Source: Chlamydiia bacterium
GTDB lineage: Bacteria; Chlamydiota; Chlamydiia; Chlamydiales; JAAKFQ01
Direction of reading: 5' to 3'
Assembly: GCA_041688145.1 (NCBI GenBank)
Contig: JBDNIV010000013.1
Coordinates: 1,285 to 65,284 of the forward strand
DNA length: 64,000 nucleotides
Shown here: in pieces, positions 29,554 through 38,927 of the stretch
Layout of the letters: each line of letters begins with the position of its first letter
How positions within the stretch are numbered: the stretch's first letter is position 1
Notes under the pieces: model-generated
What the model was told of the DNA's origin: nothing
What the model saw: the letters and a program-made list of their open reading frames with translations, nothing else
The model's database searches: none
Translations under genes and position numbers: made by a program

Positions 29554-31065
29554 ATGTTTCAAGCCTCTTTTAAAAAGACGCCTCTTTTTCTCTTTGATAC
29601 GCTAAGCCGAGCAAAAAAAGAGGTTGTGCCTTCTACAGGTAGCGGAGGAGATAAAGAGCCTAATACTATTCAGATGTATACGTGTGGACCGACAGTCCAT
29701 GATTTTGCACATATAGGTAATTTTCGTACTTTTGCTTTCGAAGATATTTTAAGACGTACATTGAAGGGCCTTGGGTTTAAGCTCACCCATGTTATGAACA
29801 TAACGGATGTTGATGATAAAACAATTCGCAAAGCAACTGAAAAAGGGGTCTCTTTAGAAGAGTATACAGAACCTTTTACGAGGGCTTTTTTTGAAGATCT
29901 GCATGTCTTGGGTATTGAATCCGCTGAAAGTTACCCAAAAGCAACAGACTACATTGATCAGATGATTGTGATGATCGAAGAGCTGATTAGTAAGGGGTAT
30001 GCCTATACAGGTGAAGATGGCAGCGTTTACTATGCTATTGATAAGTTTTCATCTTATGGCAAGCTTTCTCACCTGAAGCTTGAAGATTTGACATCTCACA
30101 GATGCTCTAAGGATAAGAAAAAGAGCCAAAAAGAAGAGCGCGATGAATACGATAAAGAAAATGCCTCAGATTTCGTTTTATGGAAAAGCTATGATGAAAA
30201 GCGTGATGGTAGAATTTTTTGGCAAAGTCCCTGGGGGGAAGGGCGTCCTGGTTGGCATTTAGAATGTTCATGTATGGCGATGCAGCTACTAGGTAAAGAA
30301 CTCGATATTCACGCTGGAGGTGTAGATAATATTTTTCCGCACCATGAAAATGAGATTGCTCAATCAGAAGCGCTGAGTGAAAAACCTTTTTCAAAACTGT
30401 GGGTACATAGTGAACATTTGCTTGTTGATGGAAAAAAGATGTCTAAAAGCCTCGGCAACTTTTACCGCCTCCGCGATCTTTTAGAAAAGGGTTTTTCAGG
30501 CAGGCAAGTGCGTTACCAGCTCATTGCAAGCCACTATCGCACGCAGGTTAACTTTACATTCGAAGGTCTTGAAGCAGCGAAAAAATCCCTTAGCCGGATT
30601 GATGCTCTTTTAGAACGCTTAGAAAAATTAGCAAGCTCTTCAGAAAAAAGCTCGTTAGCTGGAGATGAAAATTGCAATATAGACAAGAGCTTACAAACAG
30701 CTTTCGATGCTTTTATAAACTCTCTTTGCGATGATCTAAACACGCCACAAGCACTTGCGCATCTCTTTGAGCTTGTCCGCACACTGAATCTAGCTATTGA
30801 TGAGAATAAAGTGCTTGCTAAGCAAGCTAAAAGTGCACTGAAATGCATCTATAAAATGGATGAGATGCTCGGTATTATTAAGCCTTTTGAGTCAGAGAAA
30901 AAAGAAACTAGCATTCCACAGGCAGTATACGCTTTAGCTGAAGAGCGTAAAAAAGCGCGCTTAGAAAAAAACTGGGCAAAAGCAGACCAGTGCCGAGATG
31001 AGCTCCAAGCTCTGGGCTTTGCGGTAAAAGACACACCTGACGGCTACACAATTGTGACGTTGTAG
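29554..31065 (+). CDS. cysS: Cysteine--tRNA ligase
   Basis: CGPTV, HIGN, DFVLWK, GRPGWHLECS and KMSKS motifs. Confidence 0.97.
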   Translation: MFQASFKKTPLFLFDTLSRAKKEVVPSTGSGGDKEPNTIQMYTCGPTVHDFAHIGNFRTFAFEDILRRTLKGLGFKLTHVMNITDVDDKTIRKATEKGVSLEEYTEPFTRAFFEDLHVLGIESAESYPKATDYIDQMIVMIEELISKGYAYTGEDGSVYYAIDKFSSYGKLSHLKLEDLTSHRCSKDKKKSQKEERDEYDKENASDFVLWKSYDEKRDGRIFWQSPWGEGRPGWHLECSCMAMQLLGKELDIHAGGVDNIFPHHENEIAQSEALSEKPFSKLWVHSEHLLVDGKKMSKSLGNFYRLRDLLEKGFSGRQVRYQLIASHYRTQVNFTFEGLEAAKKSLSRIDALLERLEKLASSSEKSSLAGDENCNIDKSLQTAFDAFINSLCDDLNTPQALAHLFELVRTLNLAIDENKVLAKQAKSALKCIYKMDEMLGIIKPFESEKKETSIPQAVYALAEERKKARLEKNWAKADQCRDELQALGFAVKDTPDGYTIVTL

Positions 31066-31066
31066 C

Positions 31067-32686
31067 TTAGGATTTAGTTAGATCTGGAGCTGTCTCTACC
31101 TTATCGGCATTAGAGGGGCGCATCAAAGGGAAGAAAAGCACATCGCGAATAGAGGCTGCTTTCGTGAAAAGCATCACTAAGCGGTCAATGCCGATACCCA
31201 CACCACCTGCTGGAGGCATCCCTTGGCAAATTGCTTCGATAAATTCTTCATCTAAAGGAGATGCTTCTTCATCACCCGCATCTTTTTTAGCAGCTTGGTC
31301 TTCTAAGAGCCTACGCTGCAGTTCAGGGTCATTAAGCTCAGAATACGCATTACATGCCTCTGATGTTGCAATGAACGACTCAAAGCGCTCTACGATACCT
31401 GCACGCCTTTCTTCTGGATCACGGTGAGGCTTACAAAGTGGGGTTGTTTCAATAGGGTGGTCAGTGATGTGATGAGGCTGCATTAGGTGATGCTCTACAA
31501 GTTCTTCAAAAAGCATTGATATCAAAATGCCCCTAGGTGCCTTTTTTATTTCAGAAAGATCGAGTTTTGTTTTTTCTGAAATAATCTTTCTCAAGGCATC
31601 ATCATCAAAGCTATCTACATCTATTGACGCGTACTCTTTAATACTATCCTTCATAGAAAGGCGCTTCCATGGCGCTTTCATGTCAATTTGAATAAGGCCT
31701 TCAGAAGTTTCATAAGGCACTTTTGTGTCATTAAAAAGGTCTAAAGCAATACGTTCGTAGAGATTTTCAACAAACGCCATCATATCGTTGTAGTCCCAAT
31801 ACGCAGCATAGGCCTCTACCATGGTAAATTCAGGGTTGTGCGTGCGATCGATGCCTTCATTGCGAAACACCTTTCCTATCTCATAGACGCGCTCAAGGCC
31901 ACCTACAAGCAGTTTTTTTAGAGGGATTTCTAAAGAGATACGCAGGAACATATCCTGATCTAGAGCATTTAGGTGAGTTGTAAAAGGTTTAGCAGCAGCG
32001 CCTCCATAGGTATTTTGGAGTACAGGTGTTTCTACCTCACAGAATTTGTTTTTTGAAAAGTAATCCCGAATAAGGCTTATGATCCGGCTGCGCTGTAGAA
32101 AAGTTGTTCTTACTTCATCATTAGCAATCAGATCAAGCCATCTTTTGCGGTATCGGGTCTCTTTATCGTTTAATCCTGTGTGTTTATCAGGTAGAGGTAA
32201 AAGTGTTTTGCATAGGAAGGTCATTTTTTTTACAAAAAGGGTAAGCTCACCTTTTTGTGTGCGGAAAAGGTGCCCTTCAACGCCTAGCCAATCTCCGAGG
32301 TTACATTTTTTCTCGATGAACTTAATAGGCCGAGGTATATTTTGGTTGTCAGGGTCTTCTTTGAGACCTTCAACTTTTGTAAGATCACGGTTGAACATCA
32401 GCTGAAGACGCCCTTTTTCATCTTGAATTTGAGCGAAGATGTTTTTCCCCATAGGTCTAAAAAGCACAAGGCGTCCTGCAATTTTTACTTCAGGCGTTTT
32501 TCCTTCAGCAGCCTCTTCACTGTGAGACAGCGCGTCTCCTTCATAGAGGGCTTGTAGATCATGAATGCTTGTAGAGAGTTTAAAAGTGTGTGGAGGGTAG
32601 GGATCTACACCTAAAGCGCGCATTTCATGCAAGGCTTTTGTGCGGTCTATAAATTCATCGTAAGTGTGGTATTCAGGTGAAGACAT
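31067..32686 (-). CDS. lysS: Lysine--tRNA ligase (class II)
   Basis: GGAAAKPF, FRNEGID.THNPEF and GMPPAGGVGIGIDRL motifs. Confidence 0.97.
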   Translation of the reverse strand: MSSPEYHTYDEFIDRTKALHEMRALGVDPYPPHTFKLSTSIHDLQALYEGDALSHSEEAAEGKTPEVKIAGRLVLFRPMGKNIFAQIQDEKGRLQLMFNRDLTKVEGLKEDPDNQNIPRPIKFIEKKCNLGDWLGVEGHLFRTQKGELTLFVKKMTFLCKTLLPLPDKHTGLNDKETRYRKRWLDLIANDEVRTTFLQRSRIISLIRDYFSKNKFCEVETPVLQNTYGGAAAKPFTTHLNALDQDMFLRISLEIPLKKLLVGGLERVYEIGKVFRNEGIDRTHNPEFTMVEAYAAYWDYNDMMAFVENLYERIALDLFNDTKVPYETSEGLIQIDMKAPWKRLSMKDSIKEYASIDVDSFDDDALRKIISEKTKLDLSEIKKAPRGILISMLFEELVEHHLMQPHHITDHPIETTPLCKPHRDPEERRAGIVERFESFIATSEACNAYSELNDPELQRRLLEDQAAKKDAGDEEASPLDEEFIEAICQGMPPAGGVGIGIDRLVMLFTKAASIRDVLFFPLMRPSNADKVETAPDLTKS

Positions 32687-32988
32687 ACTTTTTCTCTTAT
32701 TTACTTTTTCTTAGTTAAAAGGCGCTTTTTCAAAAACTATTTGAGTGTGCGCATAAAACACTATAATACCAAGTTTTCTTTCGTAATGCTAGGGGCAAAT
32801 AGGCTTATGCACTAGATCAAAGACTTCTTAGGGAAATTAGGCAGGATAAGAGAGGTCATTAAAGGTGAATGAGCAAGTTAAAGAAGGCATTTAGGAGAAA
32901 AAATGTAATAAAAATATTTTTTGGTTTAGAATGAGGCATCTGGCATTTTAAGTAGTGTAAGGTTTTACCTAATCTTCAAGGAGTTATT

Positions 32989-33435
32989 ATGAACCACCCT
33001 AAGTCATGGATTATCACAGCTAACAGCGCTTTTGCTCGCATCTTTGCTCAAGATGCTTCAGGGAAGTGGGAAGAGATCAATAGTATTGAACACGAAGAGA
33101 GCCGCTTAAAAAATAGTGATTTAGTCACAGATAAAGAAGGAACTTCTTTTGCACCTAAAGGAAAAGGCAGAAGTCATATTGATCGTAAAACTTCACCCAA
33201 AGAACATGAAGTGGATGTTTTTGCACATGAGCTGGCAACCTACTTAAGGCTCGCTTGTCAGCTGGGTAAATTTTCTAAATTACACATGGTGGCAGCCCCT
33301 GCTTTTTTAGGGAAGCTGCGCTCTGAGTTGCATGAAGAAGTGAAAACAAAGCTTGGTGGCCAAATAAGCAAAGACCTTGTCCACGAATCGATAGACAAGG
33401 TCTTAAAAGACTTAGAAGGGCACTTTCTAGCTTAG
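32989..33435 (+). CDS. Host attachment protein family (AtsE / baeRF-like release-factor-fold protein)
   Basis: WIITANSAFARIF...FAHELA.YL...LHMVAAPAFLGKLR...KDL pattern; AAGGAG SD. Confidence 0.75.
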   Translation: MNHPKSWIITANSAFARIFAQDASGKWEEINSIEHEESRLKNSDLVTDKEGTSFAPKGKGRSHIDRKTSPKEHEVDVFAHELATYLRLACQLGKFSKLHMVAAPAFLGKLRSELHEEVKTKLGGQISKDLVHESIDKVLKDLEGHFLA

Positions 33436-33450
33436 GTTAAGCTAAGATAG

Positions 33451-35685
33451 TTAGAATAGAGTCAAAGGATCAACATCAATATGAGCTTCTACCCCATGAG
33501 GCATCTGAGAAAGAGGGCCTTCTAGGAGACGAGAGGCCTCTAAGGCACTTTTGCCTCGAATGAGGAACTGGTAGCGGAATATGTCTTTGATTTTAGCGTA
33601 ACCAGCGGGCACTAAAGGGTGCAAAGTATAGCTTTGAGGAAGGAGCGTTTGTACTTTTTGAAAAGCTTTTTCAGCAGCACCTAGGGTCTTTAGACTATCT
33701 TTTCCTTTAAAGAGTACTTTAATGATCCTAGAAAAGGGAGGAAAGCCAAAAAGCTTTCTCACCTCAATTTCACTTTCATAAAAGCTTAAATAGTCTTCTT
33801 TAGACGCTGATAAAATCGTACTATTAGTCGGCATACTGGTTTGGAGAACAACCTCTCCTTTTAAAGCGCCTCTACCTGATCTGCCAGCGAGCTGGGCAAT
33901 GAGCTGAAAAGCAGTTTCTGAAGCTCTGAAATCAGGCAATTGCAACCCCATATCAGCACTCAAGATACACGCAAGAGTTACAGCGGGGATGTCCATCCCT
34001 TTGGCGATCATCTGTGTACCGATCAGAACGTCTGCTTTTCCTGTTTTAAATTGCTTAAGAATCGCTTCATGACTCCCTTTTCTTTGAGTTGTGTCAGCGT
34101 CCATGCGCAATGTTTTCATTTCAGGGAAAAGTGCTTTTAAGCTCTTTTCTACAAGTTCTGTGCCGATCCCTTTAAATTGAAAAGGGTGCAAATGCTTGCA
34201 GCTGGGGCATTTGTTATAAAGAGCTGAGAAAAAGCCGCATAGATGACAGCTAAGCGCATTTTTACCTTTATGGAAGGTAAGCGCTACATCACAAGAAGGA
34301 CACTTAGCAACCTCTCCACAGCTAAGGCATAAAAGTGTTGTGTGATACCCGCGGCGGTTTAAGAAGATAACAGCTTGCTCTCCTTGAGATATTTTTTCTT
34401 TTAGCTTAGACAAGAAAAGATCTGAAAATAGAGCATACCCTTTTGCTTTTTCAAACTCGCGGCGCATATCGACAATATGCACATCTGGCAAGTGATTGGT
34501 TGCTGCACGTTTAGTGAGTGAAGAGAGATTGTATTTCCCAAGCTTTGCATTAAAAAAGCTTTCTAAAGCGGGTGTTGCGCTACCAAGGACTGCAGTTGCG
34601 CTATTAATTTTTGCGCGCATAATCGCTACATCACGCGCATGAAAGCTTGGCATTTTTTGCCCCTCTTTATATGAGGAGTCGTGCTCTTCATCAATAATGA
34701 TGAGACCTAAATTTTCACACGGGCTGAAAATAGCTGATCTTGGGCCGATAATCACACGGGCTTTACCTTCTCGAATTTTTTTCCACTGATCAAGCCGCTC
34801 TCCCATGCTTAATCTGCTATGTAATGCAGCCATATTCCCAGCAAAGCGACTTTGCAGCCGTTCAATCATTTGGTGCGTAAGAGCGACTTCAGGAACTAGC
34901 ATAATAGCTGATTTGCCAAGACTGAGAACTTTGTCAATCGCTTGTAGATAAACTTCTGTTTTTCCACTGCCAGTCACACCGTGAATAAGATGAACGTCGA
35001 AAGATTTATCTTCGATAGAAGAGATGATCTTATCAAAAGCACTTTGCTGCTCAGGGTTGAGTTTTTTAGGAAGTGTTTTGAAAAATTCAGCTGTATCCAA
35101 AGGGGACTTATCAATATCAATAGGAATAGCTTTAAGAGCGCCCATAGAAATCAGTGCATCCAAAGCCCCTTTTGAGACATTCGCTTTTTCTAAAAGCTCT
35201 TTTGCAAAAAGACCTTTTTTCACCCCGAGCATGACATCTAAGATTTTGGCTCTAGCTGGGCTTTTTGTACGTAAATCGGCTGCTATTTGAGCTATTTCAT
35301 GTTTGGGTTTTGCTCGCGTAATAAAGTTTGCTGTCTGCGCTTGTTTCTCTTCTTTCACATGATTTGGTGTCATGAGACTTAGGACTCTTTTCAAGCTCGT
35401 AGCATAATAACTAGACATCCACCGGGCAAGCTCAAGTAGATCGCTTGGGAGATTAAAACTTGCTGTATCAATCTCTTCAACAGGCAAAATATTATCGAAG
35501 TTACTTGAAGACTCTATGGAGACTAATGTGCCAAGCCTTAGGTGGCCGCGCACTTTCACACGCACACGCGCACCTGGATAAGCGCATACTTTTTGCTGAG
35601 CATTTAAACCATAAGTTAAAAGGTGGTCACAGCCGATATCAAGAGCTACTAACGCATACGCCTCAAAACTCGTTTTAAGCGCCAT
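33451..35685 (-). CDS. priA: Primosomal protein N' helicase
   Basis: GVTGSGKTEVY, LVPEVAL, IDEEH, NRRGY, Cys pairs, GTQMIAKG and GRSGR motifs. Confidence 0.97.
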   Translation of the reverse strand: MALKTSFEAYALVALDIGCDHLLTYGLNAQQKVCAYPGARVRVKVRGHLRLGTLVSIESSSNFDNILPVEEIDTASFNLPSDLLELARWMSSYYATSLKRVLSLMTPNHVKEEKQAQTANFITRAKPKHEIAQIAADLRTKSPARAKILDVMLGVKKGLFAKELLEKANVSKGALDALISMGALKAIPIDIDKSPLDTAEFFKTLPKKLNPEQQSAFDKIISSIEDKSFDVHLIHGVTGSGKTEVYLQAIDKVLSLGKSAIMLVPEVALTHQMIERLQSRFAGNMAALHSRLSMGERLDQWKKIREGKARVIIGPRSAIFSPCENLGLIIIDEEHDSSYKEGQKMPSFHARDVAIMRAKINSATAVLGSATPALESFFNAKLGKYNLSSLTKRAATNHLPDVHIVDMRREFEKAKGYALFSDLFLSKLKEKISQGEQAVIFLNRRGYHTTLLCLSCGEVAKCPSCDVALTFHKGKNALSCHLCGFFSALYNKCPSCKHLHPFQFKGIGTELVEKSLKALFPEMKTLRMDADTTQRKGSHEAILKQFKTGKADVLIGTQMIAKGMDIPAVTLACILSADMGLQLPDFRASETAFQLIAQLAGRSGRGALKGEVVLQTSMPTNSTILSASKEDYLSFYESEIEVRKLFGFPPFSRIIKVLFKGKDSLKTLGAAEKAFQKVQTLLPQSYTLHPLVPAGYAKIKDIFRYQFLIRGKSALEASRLLEGPLSQMPHGVEAHIDVDPLTLF

Positions 35686-36364
35686 GCAAAAGCTCCTGAA
35701 GATAAGACCACAGGCTCTTTTTTAAAGAGCCGTCGCTGTATGCGCCTGTGGGCTCTAAGATAATAAGGGGCTTTCCTTTAAAAGTTCCCAGCGTGTAGCC
35801 GCACTTTTTATCAAGTGTCTCCATATCAAAGTGCGTTTTTAAAGGGCCGCTATGAAAGCTGTCATTTGCAACCAAAATTGCGCTTGCTTCACCAAAGAGG
35901 GCTGTGAAATTTTCCAGCTCTTTTATGGTATCATTCAGAGCCTCTTCTACATCTGCTAGGTGTCCCTGAATGGCATTTTTAAGTTTGCCATAGAAAAGGG
36001 CCTCTTTTTCTGAATTTTTAGGAAATGCAAAAAAGATTTTTTTGCGTTTCAACTCCACATCTTCTTTGTAGATATTTATGCTCGGATCAATAGACTCGAT
36101 AAGCTTTTCCATAGAAGCAAAAGAGCGCTCGGGCTTTTTAAAAGAGCTTGTAGAAGCAGCTTTTGGTTTTGAAGCTTCTTTAATTGGAGCGTGTACATTT
36201 TCTTCGGGAACTTTTTTTTCTATCGCAATAGGCTTTAAAGGAGCTAAGGGGAGAGGCTCTTTTTTCTCACTTTTGTGAGTCGATGCTTTAGCACTTATAT
36301 GAGGTTTTTTTTCTGATGCAGTTAGGTTGGAAAAAAGGGAGAATTTAGGAGTTTTTAGGGGCAT
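35675..36364 (-). CDS. Hypothetical protein, probable CT779-like conserved chlamydial protein
   Basis: Overlaps the priA start; low-complexity N-terminus; KKSLWSYL C-terminus. Confidence 0.6.
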   Translation of the reverse strand: MPLKTPKFSLFSNLTASEKKPHISAKASTHKSEKKEPLPLAPLKPIAIEKKVPEENVHAPIKEASKPKAASTSSFKKPERSFASMEKLIESIDPSINIYKEDVELKRKKIFFAFPKNSEKEALFYGKLKNAIQGHLADVEEALNDTIKELENFTALFGEASAILVANDSFHSGPLKTHFDMETLDKKCGYTLGTFKGKPLIILEPTGAYSDGSLKKSLWSYLQELLHGA

Positions 36365-36409
36365 ATTTTAGAGGGTTACCTTTCAGATTATCAATATTGG
36401 TATCTAGAG

Positions 36410-37306
36410 TTAGGAGAATAGAGCATTTGTGAAATCTTCTGCATCAAAAGACTCAAAATCATCAATACCTTCACCTAGACCCACAAACTTAATAGGAGCA
36501 CCTAATTTACGGCTAATAGAAATACTAGCGCCGCCTTTAGATGAGCCATCAAGCTTTGTGACAATAAGACCTGTCAAAGGCGCATAGTCATTAAAAACTT
36601 CTGCTTGGTCAAGAGCGTTTTGTCCAAGAGAAGCATCTAGAGTCAGCCATACTTCATGCGGCGCGCCTGGCAGTTTTTTTGCGCAGACTGAACGCATCTT
36701 TTCAAGCTCTTGCATAAGATCCTTCTTAGTCTGCAGTCTACCTGAAGTATCAACAAGAACCACATCAGCCTTTTTTGCCAACGCACTATCAATAGCATCA
36801 AAAATGACAGCAGCAGGATCTTTAGAGCCTTTTATAAGGTCGACATCAATCTTTTTTGCCCACGCTTCTAGTTGTTCTACAGCTGCTGCACGAAAGGTAT
36901 CTGCTGCTGCAATAATGACTTTTTTATGTAAGCTCTTAAAAAAGTAACCAAGCTTTGCAATGCTTGTTGTTTTTCCAGAGCCATTAACGCCTACTACAAA
37001 GATGATTGTTGGCCCCTCGTCTGCCCAGGTAACCTCGGAGCTTTTTTCAGATAGTGCTTCTATAAGCCTTTTTTCTAGTTTTTCATAAATAGCTGCTTCA
37101 TCAACAGGCTCTTTTTTAAGTAAGGGGAGCGCAAGCTCTGAAAGCTCTAAGCTGAGCTCAGCGCCAAGATCAGCTTCAAAAAAGATCTCTTCTAGTTTCT
37201 GTTTTGTCTCGCTGTCAACAGGCTTGCCGAAAACGCCCGATAGCTTAGATGTGATAGCGCTGCGGGTTTTTCCAAGAGCAGACTTAATACGACTAAAAAA
37301 AGACAT
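36410..37306 (-). CDS. ftsY: SRP receptor FtsY (no acidic A domain)
   Basis: GVNGSGKTT, DTFRAAA, DTSGR, TKLDG and GLGEG motifs; start set at MSFFSRIK. Confidence 0.96.
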   Translation of the reverse strand: MSFFSRIKSALGKTRSAITSKLSGVFGKPVDSETKQKLEEIFFEADLGAELSLELSELALPLLKKEPVDEAAIYEKLEKRLIEALSEKSSEVTWADEGPTIIFVVGVNGSGKTTSIAKLGYFFKSLHKKVIIAAADTFRAAAVEQLEAWAKKIDVDLIKGSKDPAAVIFDAIDSALAKKADVVLVDTSGRLQTKKDLMQELEKMRSVCAKKLPGAPHEVWLTLDASLGQNALDQAEVFNDYAPLTGLIVTKLDGSSKGGASISISRKLGAPIKFVGLGEGIDDFESFDAEDFTNALFS

Positions 37307-37403
37307 AGGGCAAATAGACTCCAAACACTAGTTTTGCGCACAAGCTAGAAAATAGCTGATGTGGTATTTTACAAGCAAAGGCTACGACTAAAGGAGAAAG
37401 ATC

Positions 37404-37760
37404 ATGGCAACAATCTCAAATCCAGCTCACACTATCCATTTTTTTGATGCAGATCAAAGAAAACTGTCTTTTTATGAGATCCAAGGGGGATATGTAGTAA
37501 GGGTGCAAGCATACAATACTAACCGAGCTCTTGTAGAGTATGAGGTAGGTAGGGCAAATATTACAGTAAGAGTTGCTCGGGTGGGAGTATCAACATTAAT
37601 GGGACAGCTCCAAAATTATCGTTTTTCTGAGCTTTCATTTGTCCAGCAAAGAGCTGTAGTGAATAAACAACCTACTCAAGATGCTGTAAAAGAAATCTAT
37701 ACAGAGGTCTCTCATTTAGATAGACTAGGTAAGATTGTTAGCTTCACTTTAGCTGTCTAG
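37404..37760 (+). CDS. Hypothetical protein (118 aa)
   Basis: AAAGGAG SD; co-oriented 12 bp upstream of the M50 protease gene. Confidence 0.65.
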   Translation: MATISNPAHTIHFFDADQRKLSFYEIQGGYVVRVQAYNTNRALVEYEVGRANITVRVARVGVSTLMGQLQNYRFSELSFVQQRAVVNKQPTQDAVKEIYTEVSHLDRLGKIVSFTLAV

Positions 37761-37772
37761 GATTTAACTTAT

Positions 37773-38918
37773 ATGATTCGTTTTTCTTTTTTAGTACCTG
37801 TCGCTATTCAACCTGCTTTTTGGGCGACATGCCTGATCATTGCTTATCTCAATACCTCTTTTGCTAGTATTGAAATAGGTATGCTGGGCATGGCTATTTG
37901 GACAGCAGTTATCTTCATCTCTCTTTTTGTGCATGAGATGGGACATGCTCTTATGGCAAAAGCTTTTGGACTAAAACCCTCTATTACTCTTATTGCTTTT
38001 GGTGGGCAGACTACATACCAAAAAGAAGGGGGGCTTGGCGCTGCAAAAGAGTTTTTAATCACCTTAACAGGCCCTATTTTTGGTTTTGGTCTATGTGCAC
38101 TTGCTTATATAGCTGGAGGGTTTATTACAGCGCCTTTATGGCTTATGTATGGGGTGAGGATTGCTTTTTTAGTAAATCTCTATTGGACTGTTTTAAATCT
38201 CTTGCCGATCTTGCCTTTAGATGGGGGCCAGCTTCTTAGAATCACTCTACAGGGCGCTTTTGGAGTGCGGGGGCTAAAAGCATCAGTCTGGATTAGTGCA
38301 GTTGTTGCTACGTTCTGTTTTATAGGCGCTCTTATGATCAACCAGTGGTTTTTAGCCGCTTTTTTTGTGCTCTTTGGTTTTGAAAGCTTTAAAACTATCC
38401 ATTCTCTTAAAGGATATCGCCCAATCGATGTGAATCCTGAACTGCAGCGTCAATTAGAGGGTGCACGCGCCCTAAGTGAGCAAGGTAGAGCCGATGAAGC
38501 TAAAGCCGTTTTAGAAGCTATGCGAGGCCACTTGCAAAGAGGCCCCCTTTATTCAGAAGCGACCGCAGAGCTCGCTTATATCAGCGCAGGTGAAGGAGAT
38601 ATGGCAGAGGCCTTTACTTTATTTCAAAGTGTAAAAAAAAGGCTTAGTCCGACTTATCTAGAGACCTTTATACAAGTAGCCTACAGGTGCCAAGAATTTG
38701 AAGAGGCATTAGAAGCAGGAGAGCGCCTTTTTGAAATGAGTATAGATAAAGAGACGGCTCTATTTAATGCCAAATGCTCAGCACATCTAGGCAAAAAAAG
38801 TGCTACGTGTGGCTGGCTAGAGGCAGCTCTTAAAGAAGGCGCTTCCAAAGAAGTTTTGCAGATGCCGGAGTTTAGTGCTTTTAAAGAAGATGCAGCTTTT
38901 AAGAAGCTCGATTCTTAG
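37773..38918 (+). CDS. Site-2 protease (peptidase M50) with C-terminal TPR-like region
   Basis: HEMGH, GP and NLLPILPLDGG motifs; C-terminal helical repeats (ALFNAKCSAHLG). Confidence 0.88.
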   Translation: MIRFSFLVPVAIQPAFWATCLIIAYLNTSFASIEIGMLGMAIWTAVIFISLFVHEMGHALMAKAFGLKPSITLIAFGGQTTYQKEGGLGAAKEFLITLTGPIFGFGLCALAYIAGGFITAPLWLMYGVRIAFLVNLYWTVLNLLPILPLDGGQLLRITLQGAFGVRGLKASVWISAVVATFCFIGALMINQWFLAAFFVLFGFESFKTIHSLKGYRPIDVNPELQRQLEGARALSEQGRADEAKAVLEAMRGHLQRGPLYSEATAELAYISAGEGDMAEAFTLFQSVKKRLSPTYLETFIQVAYRCQEFEEALEAGERLFEMSIDKETALFNAKCSAHLGKKSATCGWLEAALKEGASKEVLQMPEFSAFKEDAAFKKLDS

Positions 38919-38927
38919 AGTTTTATG
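38919..38927 (+). repeat. Left copy of 9-bp direct repeat AGTTTTATG flanking the ATPase cassette
   Basis: Identical 9-mer at 40446-40454; AT-rich, so chance is possible. Confidence 0.35.
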
